A stretch of 64,000 nt of DNA, taken from assembly GCF_006345805.1 (NCBI RefSeq), contig NC_043023.1, forward strand, positions 10,354,001 through 10,418,000, in the 5' to 3' direction. Shown one piece after another: positions 1 through 12,911 of the stretch. Origin of the DNA: Octopus sinensis. Lineage: Eukaryota. Position numbers and translations under genes: made by a program. Under the pieces are notes generated by a model. It searched no databases and had not been told where the DNA came from. It worked only from the letters and a program-made list of their open reading frames with translations. How positions within the stretch are numbered: position 1 is the stretch's first letter; every line of letters starts with the position of its first letter.

Positions 1-115
1 TCGAACAAAGGGACAAATAGAATAAGTACTAGGCTTACAAAGAATAAGTCAATTTGTTCAACTAAAGGTGGTGCTCCAGCATGGCCTCAGTCAAATGACT
101 GAAACAAATAAAAGT
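1..115 (+). mobile_element. SINE family A, 3' tail fragment
   Basis: Matches the 3' end of the full family-A copies (ggtgctccagcatggc..cagtcaaatgactgaaacaa..aaaag); cut by the window start. Confidence 0.8.
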
Positions 116-304
116 ACATATATATATATATACATACACATACATATATATGTGTATATATATATATATATATAAATAGAGTAACTGGTAACATTATCTA
201 TTTTTTCCCCGTTAATTGTAAACAAGGGAAAAATACAAATATCTATTTATATATCGGGACCACTCTTCTTAAATAGAACCCTGGTTCTTATTCTATCAGT
301 CCCT

Positions 305-530
305 TTTAGTCGGCCACTAACTTAAGGGATGTAAGCAAGACAACACCCGTTGTCCAGCAAGACAGGAGAACAAAGACACACACAAACATATAAATGATGG
401 ACTTGCACGGTTTCTGTCTACCAAATTCACTCACAAGTGAGCTATGGCAGATGACACTTGGCCAAAGTGCCATGCGCCGGGATTGAACATGAAGCAACAT
501 GGTTGCAAAGCCAGCTTCTTAACCACACAG
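305..530 (-). mobile_element. Old, degenerate family-A-like SINE
   Basis: Diverged match to the A head and body (ctaccaaattcactcacaag, gacacttggccaaagtgcc, cttaaccacacag). Confidence 0.55.
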
Positions 531-575
531 ACAGGCCAGTCAAACTTTTAAAGCTAGCACTTCATTTATTGAATA

Positions 576-879
576 TCATCATCATCGTTTAACGTCCGCT
601 TTCCATGCTAGCATGGGTTGGACGGTTCAACTGGGGTCTGGGAAGCCCGAAGGCTGCACCAGGCCAGTCAGATCTGGCAATGTTTCTACAGCTGGATGCC
701 CTTCCTAACGCCAACCACTCCGTGAGTGTAGTGGGTGCTTTTTATGTGCCACCGACACAGGTGCCTGACGAGGCTGGCGAACAGCCACACTCGGATGGTG
801 TTTGTTACGTGCCACCAGCACGGAGGCCAGTCGATGCAGTACTGGCGACGGCCACGTTCGGATGGTTTTCTTATGTACT
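576..879 (-). mobile_element. SINE family D ((GAT)n tail, internal ~60-bp repeats)
   Basis: (cat)n then cgtttaacgtccgctttccatgctagcatgggttggacgg...ctggatgcccttcctaacgccaaccactc. Similar copies at 16976-17420, 29140-29580, 35670-35905, 43220-43400 and 62758-63060. Confidence 0.8.
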
Positions 880-1029
880 TAAAATTCAATTTAGACGTTT
901 AAAAGAATAAAATAAAATCGACAGGAAATAACCTGTGATATCCCATAATTTCTTAAAGCGACCAGATGAGATCCCTTAATTTTATTAATAGATCTCCCTC
1001 ATTATGTTGCATCCACAGATACCTACTTG

Positions 1030-1593
1030 GGATCTTTTCGGTTTGAACGGCTGTTTTTTCTAGCAGTGTCATATGAAACTGTCACCCATAATTATGACCC
1101 TAGTATCGATCCATTGCATTTCAATCTGTTTTAGGGTTAGGGTTAGGGGTGGGGGAAGGATATCTTTTTTCTTCACAAATGTAAATAAACCCAATCTGTT
1201 TCTTAAACGAGGGACATATTCGTACGGCACAGAATGTTTTCACCTCAATAGACGTCATTGATTGGTTGAAATTGCAGAAATTGAAGAAAAAACAACAACA
1301 AATATCTTACAAACATATAGAATTTTCTCAATAAAGCCCGAGAGAAAAAGATGTTTTATAAACACATTCTACCAGTATACGAAGTTTAAAAGTGTTTAGT
1401 TACGTGGAAATTATTTTAAAAAACTGCCGGTCAAACCGAAAAGATCCAAATATCTTACAAACTATAGAATTTTCTAAATAAAGCCAAGAGAAAAAGATGT
1501 TTTATAAACATATTCTACCAGTATACGAAGTTTAAAAGTGTTTAGTTACGTGGAAATTATTTTAAAAAACTGCCGGTCAAACCGAAAAGGTCC
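1030..1593. mobile_element. Non-autonomous DNA transposon (MITE) with GGATC termini and a duplicated ~147-bp right end
   Basis: TIRs ggatcttttcggtttgaacggc / gccggtcaaaccgaaaagatcc. Related copies at 25298-25715 and 53635-53972, and a left-end fragment at 15291-15372. Confidence 0.75.
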
Positions 1594-1965
1594 AAAATAT
1601 AAAATAAAATCAACAGGAAATAACGACAGTGATATCCCATAATTTCTCAAAGCGACCTGGTGAGATCCTTTAATTTTATTAATAGATCTCCCTCATTATG
1701 TTGTATCCACAGATACCTACTTGTAGCAGTATAGTACATTCTAGTGATAACTTATTTCAGAAATAGCTGTAACAGGATGAGAGTTCAGGAACCCTGGAGG
1801 GGTGTCCGATCTCTCATCATGTTACAATTGGTACCGTGTGACATAGCTAAGCCTCGCGGTCGCATCCCTAACGGAATAGGATAAGCCATAATACAATTTA
1901 TACAAAACAGAATATAAATGAATGACGAACAAGCCGTACCAGTGTTTTGTATAAATTGTATTATG

Positions 1966-2565
1966 TATTTCTTTACTGCCCACAAGGGGCTAAACATAGA
2001 GGGGACAAACAAGGACAGACAAAGGAATTAAGTCGATTACATCGACTCCAGTGGGAAACTGGTACTTTATTTATCGACCCCGAAAGGATGAAAGGCAAAG
2101 TCGACCTCGGCGGAATTTTGAACTCAGAACGTAACGACAGACGAAATACCTATTTCTTTACTGCCCACAAGGGGCTAAACACAGAGGGGACAAACAAGGG
2201 CAGACAAAGGAATTAAGTCGATTACATCGACCCCAGTGGGAAACTGGTACTTTATTTATCGACCCCGAAAGGATGAAAGGCAAAGTCGACCTCGGCGGAA
2301 TTTGAACTCAGAACGTAACGACAGACGAAATACCTATTTCTTTACTACCCAGAAGGGGCTAAACATAGAGGGGACAAACAAAGACAGACAAAGGAATTAA
2401 GTCGATTACATCGACTCCAGTGGGAAACTGGTACTTCGTTTATCGACCCCGAAAGGATGAAAGGCAAAGTCGACCTCGGCGGAATTTGAACTCAGGACGT
2501 AACGACAGACGAAATACGGCTACGCATTTCGCCCGGCGTGCTAACGCTTCTGCCAGTTCGCCGCC
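1966..2565 (-). mobile_element. SINE family B head-to-tail trimer with 18-bp TSD
   Basis: Three ~184-bp units starting at 1966, 2151 and 2335. Only the last has the tRNA-like head (A-box-like agctggcagaa, B-box-like gagttcaaattcc). TSD tgtataaa(t/c)tgtattatg at 1948-1965 and 2572-2589. Confidence 0.85.
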
Positions 2566-3429
2566 CTAAACTGTATAAACTGTATTATGGCTTATCCTAT
2601 TTCGTTAGGGATGTGACCGTAAGGATTAATTACCTATGTCACCAGCCTCCTCGCATACGGTCATATTCCTACATAGCCTAGCGACGAACATTACTGTAAA
2701 GGCAATTCCGTGGCTCGTATATCGATGCTTCATAGCCACTATGATTACATATGAGCAAGGTAATAACCCGCAGGACTAATTAATTAATCAAATTATAATT
2801 CACTTATTACTATACTTCAGTGAAGACAGTAAAGGTTACATACAGTAAAGATTACATTATTCTCTGCAATCAAACTAATTAATTAAGTGAGTGGTTAATT
2901 ACCCAGAACTGGATAAAGGACTTGCATTTCTCCATAAATTCCTGATTTCTGTTTCACGTCTCCAAGTCTTTGTCTAGCCATCATTTCAATGTACGAAGTA
3001 TGTTAATAAAAAAACCGACGCGAAAGAACGAAACGTACTAAGAAAGAACCCGGTAGCTGTCTTTTATAGAATCCACATTCTTTGTATATTTCCTTTTGAG
3101 AAATGCGTTTAAACTAAGATGTTACATTTTTTTTGTGTGTGTGCGTGTGTCCGAAAATATTTGTAACCAGATCAATATTTCGTTCGTCTTCACTGTAAAA
3201 CCATATGCGAGTTACGCAAATTTTTGTTGTACCTTCCGAAGAAGTAAAAATGCTAAACAGTCCTTGAAAATTTCAAAATTCCATTATTTTTTACATTTCA
3301 AGCAAAACTTGGGCATTTCTGCTACATTTAACAGTGTGTTCTTATGTTTCAGATATTTCCATGAATATAAGACATATAAACATTTATCTAGTAGCGTAGA
3401 TACGAAGACGCTAATTAAATTTCGTTCTT

Positions 3430-3556
3430 TGTATTTCCGAGTCGTTTTTTATAGCTTTCTGTTGTCAAATTTTAGCCCAACTTGATTAGATGGAATTTAG
3501 TGTAATTAAAGATATTTCACTGAAAACACTGGTTTATATAGCAATAACAGGTAAGA
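3430..3556 (+). other. Putative non-coding 5' exon end and splice donor (AACAG|GTAAGA, intron starts 3551) of the ZF gene at 6535
   Basis: The block aligns with 23330-23660, which has the same caataacag|gtaaga donor. Matching acceptor tttcag|aacatcag at 5815. Confidence 0.5.
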
Positions 3557-3808
3557 TATATGACACATATTATTTAGTAAAACTAAGATGTACTTTGGGA
3601 ATTGAAAATCTTTTGATGTTGCTAATCAGAGATCGATATTAATTCTATTGTCCAAAACTGTCTGAAATTAATAATTAAACAAATTTAATCAAATACAAGA
3701 CAATCAACAACATATATTTATTATTCTAGATCATTCTCTTAATTACCAGGTATGAATAATAATCCAAAAGGTACACATGGAAATATAGTTAAGAAAAAGT
3801 AACTAAAA

Positions 3809-4190
3809 GGCGCAGGAGTGGCTGTGTGGTAAGTAGCTTGCTAGCCAACCACATGGTTCCGGGTTCAGTCCCACTGCGTGGCATCTTGGGCGAGTGTCTT
3901 CTGCTATAGCCCCGGGCCGACCAATGCCTTGTGAGTGGATTTGGTAGACGGAAACTGAAAGAAGCCTGTCGTATATATGTATATATATATATATGCGTGT
4001 GTGTTTGTCCCCCTAGCATTGCTTGACAACCGATGCTGGTGTGTTTATGTCCCCGTCACTTAGCGGTTCGGCAAAAGAGACCGATAGAATAAGTACTAGG
4101 CTTACAAAGATTGGGGTCGATTTGCTCGACTAAAGGCGGTACTCCAGCATGGCCGCAGTTAAATGACTGAAACAAGTAAAAGAGTAAGGA
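3809..4190 (+). mobile_element. SINE family A, full length (tRNA-derived)
   Basis: A-box-like TGGCTGTGTGG, B-box-like GGTTCAGTCCC, internal (TA)n/(TG)n, and an aaagagt tail. Confidence 0.9.
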
Positions 4191-4202
4191 GTATATATAA
4201 AA

Positions 4203-4960
4203 TATTTTCTACTCTATGCACAAGGCCCGAAATTTGGGGGAAGGGAGCCAGTCGATTAGATCGACCCAGTACGCTTCTGGTACTTAATTTACTGAGCCCG
4301 AAAAGGATGAAAGGCGAAGTCGATCTCGGCCGAATTTGAACTCAGAACGTAACGGCAGACGAGATACTGCTAAGCATTTCACCCGGTATGCTAACGTTTC
4401 TTATTTCTTTATGGTCCACAAGGGGCTAAACATAGAGGGGACAAACAAGGACAGACAGATGGATTAAGTCGATTATATCGACCCCAGTGGGTTACTGGTA
4501 CTTAATTTGTCAACCTTGAAAGGATGAAAGGCAAAGTCGACCTTGGCGGAATTTGAACTAAGAACGTAGCGGCAGACGAGATACTTATTTCTTTACTACC
4601 CACAAGGGGTTAAACACAGAGGGGACAAACAAGGACAGACAGACGGATTAAGTTGATTATATCGATCCCAGTGCGTAACTGGTACTTATTTAATCGACCC
4701 CGAAAGGATAGAAGGCAAAGTCGACCTCGGCGGAATTTGAACTCAGAACGTAACGGCAGACGAGATACCACTAAGCATTTCACCCGGCGTGCTAACGTTT
4801 CTTATTTCTTTACTACCCAAAAGGGGCTAAACATAGAGGGGACAAACAAGGACAGACAGACGAATTAAGTCGATTATATCGACCCCAGTGCGTAACTGGT
4901 ACTTATTTAATCGACCCCGAAAGGATGAAAGGCAAAGTTGACCTCTAAACATTTCGCCCG
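4203..4960 (-). mobile_element. SINE family B concatemer (~4 units, mixed subfamilies)
   Basis: Repeated gaaaggatgaaaggcaaagtcgacctcggcggaatttgaactcagaacg units. The leftmost unit has a different 3' tail (gcacaaggcccgaaatttgggg). Confidence 0.8.
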
Positions 4961-4974
4961 GTATGCTAACGTTT

Positions 4975-5200
4975 GTGTGTTGTGTTCTTGAGCAAGACAC
5001 TTTATTTCACATTGCTTCAGTTCCCTCAGCTGTAGAAATGAGTTATGTCACTGGTACCAAGCTGTATTGGCCTTTGTCTGTCCCACGGATAACATCAGTG
5101 GCATGGAGAGTGGGAAGGGTGGTATGCATGGGCAATAAAACAACTTTGCCTGGACTTGTGCCTTGGACGGTGACTTTCTAGGTACAACTCCATGACTGAA
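4975..5200 (+). mobile_element. SINE-like family F fragment
   Basis: cttgagcaagacactttatttcacattgc..cagctgtagaaatgag, shared with 50960-51210 and 33965-34230. Confidence 0.6.
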
Positions 5201-5394
5201 TGGTGTTTTTTCCTCTTCACTTTAATAAACACACACACACATCTTCAAAAATGCCAAAATGTAAAGAGCGTTGGGTAAGTTCATTTATTCAAGTAAAGTG
5301 CTTATATCTGTAGTTTTTCTTTATCGAAATGCTGCAAAATTTCCTCTGTTGTATCTTTGCATTTTAAGTATACTCTTTTTTTCATTTTTATTCT

Positions 5395-5770
5395 TTTACT
5401 TGTTCCTGCCATTTCACTGTGGACATGCTGGAGCACCGCCTTTAGTCAATCAAATCGACCCCAGGACTTATTCTTTTGTAAGCCAAGTTCTTATTCTATC
5501 GGTCTCTTTTGCCGAACCGCTAAGTGACGGGGACGTAAACACACCAGCATCAGTTGTCAAGAGATGTTGGGGGGACAAACACACACATATATATATATAC
5601 ATATATACGACGGGCTTCTTTCAGTTTCCGTCTACCAAATCCACTCACAAGGCATTGGTCGGCCCGAGGCTATAGTAGAAGACACTTGCCCAAGGTGCCA
5701 TGCAGTGGGACTGAACCCGGAACCATGTGGTTGGTAAGCAAGCTACTTACCACACAGCCACTCCTACGCC
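5395..5770 (-). mobile_element. SINE family A, full length
   Basis: Reverse complement of the 3809-4190 copy. Confidence 0.9.
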
Positions 5771-6185
5771 TATTTATCCTCAATATCTTATATTCTTGTT
5801 TCTCTATCATTTCAGAACATCAGAAACAGCAAAGAATTGTTTCCGTCAGAGACATTGTCAACATCCATCTTCTTAGAAGAACCAAAGAAAAATCTTTATA
5901 AAGACCATATATAGAACAACACTGTTTATCTAAATCCATGGTGACTTCCTGGTAACATCTCTTTAGAACTGAGATAAATATCAGCAATTGTCTTCAATTC
6001 CTGAAAAGTTCACAAACTGATTTTGGATCCTAATTTCTCTTTTCCATTTCATATGATTTATACGAAATCATTTCTCATACTTATTTTGAAATTGGAAGAA
6101 TTTATAAAAAGGTTTGCAGCATCTTCAGATATCACCAAAGGTCAGAGTTGAGGGAGATTTAATATCGAGAAGATTTGGGGAGGAA

Positions 6186-6477
6186 TCTTTATATATAAAA
6201 GTGAAGTTGTGTGTCTGTCTCCTACGATTTAGATTCCTAACTACTCCCAAAATTTGCGGTGCAGTTTAACCAAATATCTTATAGTCGTGATTCATATCGA
6301 GCCCTTCTGGGTATTAGCGCGTGTCTACGATGAGTCTACGATTTTAAAAATAATTTACCATCATTTTTTTCCATTTTTAATGCATTTTTTTTTGCTATTT
6401 TTTGGCTATAACTCTCTAAAAATGCTTATATAGTTATTTCCCTTACAAACCCGAGCAACGCCAGGCGATACTGCTAG
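6186..6477 (+). mobile_element. Non-autonomous Helitron in the 5' region of the ZF pseudogene
   Basis: Starts TC after an A, subterminal hairpin cccgagcaacgccagg, ends CTAG before a T, no TSD. Confidence 0.8.
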
Positions 6478-6534
6478 TAAAATATAAAACCAAAAAGAGA
6501 ATCGTTTGTATGTTGTTGTAGGAAAAGGAAAATT

Positions 6535-7960
<1,426 letters not shown>

Positions 7961-8159
7961 CTATAAGGACACAGGAAATGTGTCAAGGCCGACAGGAAGC
8001 GTCGGTGCTTCCTAGAGCTAAACAGCGGTAGTGTAATTCCCTTACAGGACTGTCACGTACAGTTGACAGTACACATCCACTCTATCGCCCAACCACCGTA
8101 CATATCTCTATGAGATATTTAGAAATTTAATATTTCTGGTTTCTTTCATGCATATATAT

Positions 8160-8771
<612 letters not shown>

Positions 8772-8840
8772 TAATTAACATGCAACTGACTGAGTACTCC
8801 ACAGACACACATACCCTTCATATAGTTTTATTTTTATTTA

Positions 8841-8976
8841 TTTATGCACCCTTTTCAAGCCTAGCCAAGCTCATGGGCCCTGTTTCCATGGCATATGTGT
8901 TCCCCTCAGCTGGACGGGATGCCAGTCCATCGCAGCATTATTCAAGAAACAGGAAGAAAGAGTGAGTGAAAGTTGG
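8841..8976 (-). mobile_element. SINE family C, tail variant C3 fragment
   Basis: Reverse complement matches the 3' part of the 53168-53450 copy; contains gatggactggcatcccgtccag. Confidence 0.65.
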
Positions 8977-9053
8977 TCATCACAGGAATACAAAACACAA
9001 AATGGCTGACGGTTAGTAAGGAGAGACACACAAATAAGAAAGATGAAAGCAAA

Positions 9054-9098
9054 GGACCACTGATGCGGTCACAGAAGTGTGACGAAAGAACTCTGGCC
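9054..9098 (+). ncRNA. Degenerate minimal hammerhead-ribozyme-like motif
   Basis: GGACCA CTGATGC G GTCAC-agaagt-GTGAC GAAA GAAC TC TGGCC; A9 is replaced by C. Sister copy at 36860-36905 on the minus strand. Confidence 0.5.
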
Positions 9099-9274
9099 GA
9101 AATAAGATTAGGATTAATGTAAAAAATAAATAACACTGAAGCAAAGAAACACCAAATATATGGTGCATGTGTTTTTATTGGCTAAACTGGCAAAATGACC
9201 ATTCTGAAATACAACAATATCTGTTTCAACACACGATTTCACATCAAAAATCTTGCAAAACAAATATATAAACG

Positions 9275-9343
<69 letters not shown>

Positions 9344-9344
9344 C

Positions 9345-9590
9345 ACGTGACCGACCAGTCCATCAGATGTAGTTACACATCGCTGGTCACAATGCGTTCA
9401 CATTGTTTTAGCCTTTGAATGACACCACCCCGCTGGCTAAGCGAGCAGGCCAACAGAAGAAAGAGTGGTGAAAGAGTACTGCAGGGATCACCACCCCCTG
9501 CCGGAGCCTCGTGGAGCTTTTAGGTGTTTTCGCTCAATAAACACACACAACTGGGAATCAAAACCGCGAGTCTGCTGCCCTAATCACTGG
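9345..9590 (-). mobile_element. SINE family C, tail variant C1
   Basis: Reverse complement matches 13483-13768 (tail ...catctgatagcctggtcggtcacgtga). Confidence 0.8.
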
Positions 9591-9599
9591 TTATATTAA

Positions 9600-9984
9600 T
9601 CTCTCTCTATATAAACGGCAGTTTGTCTGTGCGTGTTTCTGTGTGTCTGTTTGCTTGTACCCTCACCCTAACCATGGCTTTCAACCGATTCTGATGAAAC
9701 TTGACACACGCATAGCCCAATGTCATAATTCAAAACTAACGCAGCGAAAATTTTGAAAAGTTCCCCCAGTTCTGAAAAAAATCGATAAATTCGACATGGG
9801 GTCGAGAATCAGGAATACGAACCACAAACTGTCTAGGGGACGCAACTCTACCTTTTTTAAATCTCAAAAACAAATTTACCATCATTTTTTTCCATTTTTT
9901 TGCTATTTTTTGGCTATAACTCTCTAAAAATGCTTTATAGTTATTTCCCTTACAAACCCGAGCAACGCCGGGCGATACTGCTAG
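9600..9984 (+). mobile_element. Non-autonomous Helitron
   Basis: A|TC start, hairpin cccgagcaacgccggg, CTAG|T end. Confidence 0.85.
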
Positions 9985-10246
9985 TACATACATATATTCA
10001 TGTGTGTGTGTGTGTGTTTTATGTTGTATGTCTCGTTTCTCTGGGGTTTTTTCGTTGTTCAAAAAAAGTTTGTTTTTATGTTTTCGTTTCTCATTGTGTT
10101 CAAGGTATTTTTTTATGTCCTGTACCCATATAAGCATGTCTGTATATAACGGGAAGCTTTATGAAAATAGACAAAAGACGAAGGCAGGTGGAAAACAAAC
10201 GAACAATTGTATTAGTATGGCGCTCAGGAAATATAAATAAAACAAG

Positions 10247-10284
10247 TCTTTAACGTTTCGAGCCTACGCTCTTCAACAGAAAGA
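10247..10284 (-). ncRNA. Minimal hammerhead-like motif in a probable Penelope pLTR fragment
   Basis: Minus strand reads TCTTT CTGTTGA A GAGC-gtag-GCTC GAAA CG T T AAAGA; A6 is replaced by T. Confidence 0.5.
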
Positions 10285-10398
10285 TACACAGAGAGAAAAA
10301 AACACAGAAAGAAGGAGAGAAAAAAAATGCATGCAGTAGCTAACGAATCAACATGGCGGTACATATATGTCTGTATATATGCATATATTTATATATTA

Positions 10399-10782
10399 CT
10401 AGCAGTATCGCCCGGCGTTGCTCAGGTTTGTAAGGGAAATAACTATAAAGCATTTTTAGAGAGTTATAGCCAAAAAATAGCAAAAAAATGGAAAAAAAAT
10501 TATGGTAAATTTTTTTGAGTTAAAAAAGGTGGAGTTGCGTCCCCTAGACGGTCTGTGGTTTTTGTTTCTGATTCTCGACCCCATGTCGAATTTATCGATT
10601 TTTTTCAGAACTGGGGGAACTTTTCAAAATTTTCGCTGCGTTAGTTTTGAATTATGACATTGGGCTATGTGTGTGTCAAGTTTCATCAGAATCGGTTGAA
10701 AGCTGTGGTTAGGGTGAGGGTACAACCTGACAGACACACAGAAACACGCAGACAGACAAACTGCCGTTTATATAGAGAGAGA
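10399..10782 (-). mobile_element. Non-autonomous Helitron, inverted copy of 9600-9984
   Basis: Reverse complement of the same family; CTAG end at 10399, TC start at 10782. Confidence 0.85.
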
Positions 10783-10820
10783 TTTATATTATATGATTGA
10801 ATGCCACGCGTTCCAAGTAA

Positions 10821-10858
<38 letters not shown>

Positions 10859-11027
10859 TTAGAGATAAAACCACTATTAGGCAAATCAAACAGTGAAAAA
10901 CATAAACCAAAACATAGAAATAAAATTAATTAATATAATATACAAAATATATTAAATATAAAATTCAAAATTTAAATTTAAAGTTAAAATTAAAAATTTT
11001 TTTTAATCATTAATTCATACTTATAAA

Positions 11028-11066
<39 letters not shown>

Positions 11067-11129
11067 ATAAAACGGTAAGATAACAAAAGAAAGAAAGAGA
11101 CCTCAATATTATGTAAATAGAGGAAATTT

Positions 11130-11397
11130 ATCTATACAATATGTTACTTTACTCGGTAGTCAAGATAAAACTCTGAGTTTCAGATGCCGAAGTGGAAATC
11201 CACAACACCATCTCTTCGGTTATCTGGCTATTTTCTAAATAGCCAGATAACCGAAGAGATGGTGTTGTGGATTTCCACTTCGGCATCTGAAACTCAGAGT
11301 TAGCCAGATAACCGAAGAGATGGTGTTGTGGATTTCCACTTCGGCATCTGAAACTCAGAGTTTTATCTTGACTACCGAGTAATGTAACATATTGTAT

Positions 11398-11400
<3 letters not shown>
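11130..11400. repeat. Palindrome with a 61-bp tandem duplication carrying three hammerhead-like motifs, flanked by (TA)n
   Basis: Minus copy 11164-11224; plus copies 11246-11301 and 11307-11367: GATAA CCGAAGA GATG...CATC T GAAA CTC A GAG T T TTATC. Confidence 0.7.
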
Positions 11401-11435
<35 letters not shown>

Positions 11436-11653
11436 AAAAATAAGAGTGAAAAAATTGGATATTAATTTAATAATAACATCAATTTAACACCAAGTGGTTT
11501 AGCGCATAAAAACCTGGGATACAGTAAAAATTAATACACAAATATAAGAGAGTGTCCACTATGTGGTCGCTCTAGCGCTAGAAATAGATCCGCAATGGTC
11601 TCAACCACCAAGAATTGTTCCCAAGGAGAATTAGCACAACTATATATATATAT

Positions 11654-11684
<31 letters not shown>

Positions 11685-11723
11685 CATATTATTACATGAT
11701 CAAACGCCAAGCGTTCCAAGTAA

Positions 11724-11766
<43 letters not shown>

Positions 11767-12414
11767 ATGATGCTTATAAACAAACAAAACTGTTTGGGTT
11801 TGATATACAAAATATAAATGCATGCATATATGTAAATAGTGGGAAAGAAAGAACTGGAAAATTTCAGACAATGAATATTTAAGTATAAACATTTAGATAT
11901 TTCTGTACCAACAGAGCAAACTTACAGTACAAAGATAGAAAATTAAAGGGGAGAAGGTACAGTGTTATAAGTTCAATTGCCCTTTCTGGGGGCTTGGAGT
12001 TACTCCACTGCGTTCACCAAAATATGCAATCAGTAATGGAAGTAAATAAACTTTGGACAGATCCAGCCTCCATCTTCAGAGATGAGAGATAAAAGTCTAA
12101 TCTAGATCTGGCTTGTTTTTGTTTTGTTTTTTTGTTTTTTTGTTTTTGGTTGTTGTTTTTTTTTTGTTTTTTCTTTAATTGCTAGTAATTAGCTGAATAT
12201 TGTTAATCAAACTGAAAAAGATGCTCAAAGGTGTTCTCAGTCACTGCTGTGGGAAGAATGATACAATATCTCGGTCTAGATAATATCTTTTATTTATTTT
12301 TTTTTTGTACTTTCACTATCATTATCATCATCATCCTCATCATTCAGCATCCGCTTTCCATACTGCCATGGGCTGGATACGGTTTGACATGGAGCTGTTT
12401 ACACTCCAAATGTT

Positions 12415-12740
12415 TGTTATGACATGGGTGTATGGCGTTCGTTGAAGAGAGAAGACGTGTTTCAACGTGTTATAAGCCTATTCTCCTGTCTCAGACACTT
12501 GGGATGTGACCGGCTCTGTTGCTGCTGGAGTTTTTGTGAGGTTTATCTTTACAAATGTTCAACTTCAGTCTTGCTGTACCTACACCAAGTGGTTACCAAT
12601 TTACCAACGTGTCTTCTTTATGTAAATAACGAAATAAAGTGTCATATTTTCTAAGGTTGCTTTCTTGTTCCTGACGCCGGTAGTTTTTGGAAACAAAGAA
12701 GGAAATTGTGTTGCACCCAAACAGGGCAAAAGACCCAACA
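12415..12740 (+). mobile_element. Solo LTR (326 bp)
   Basis: TGTTAT...CCAACA termini, internal AATAAA, 4-bp TSD TGTT at 12411-12414 and 12741-12744. Confidence 0.7.
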
Positions 12741-12911
12741 TGTTCCAGACAGTTCCTTTACAGGTGTGTTTACACAGCACCAGCTCAGGTGCTTTCTATG
12801 TGGCACTTACACCTGAAAGGACACACCTGTATGGTGGAAAACAAAGATTTTACTTAGCTTGTTACATCTTATGAAGTATACTTCTGAAAAAAATCATTTA
12901 CCAGAAGTCGG

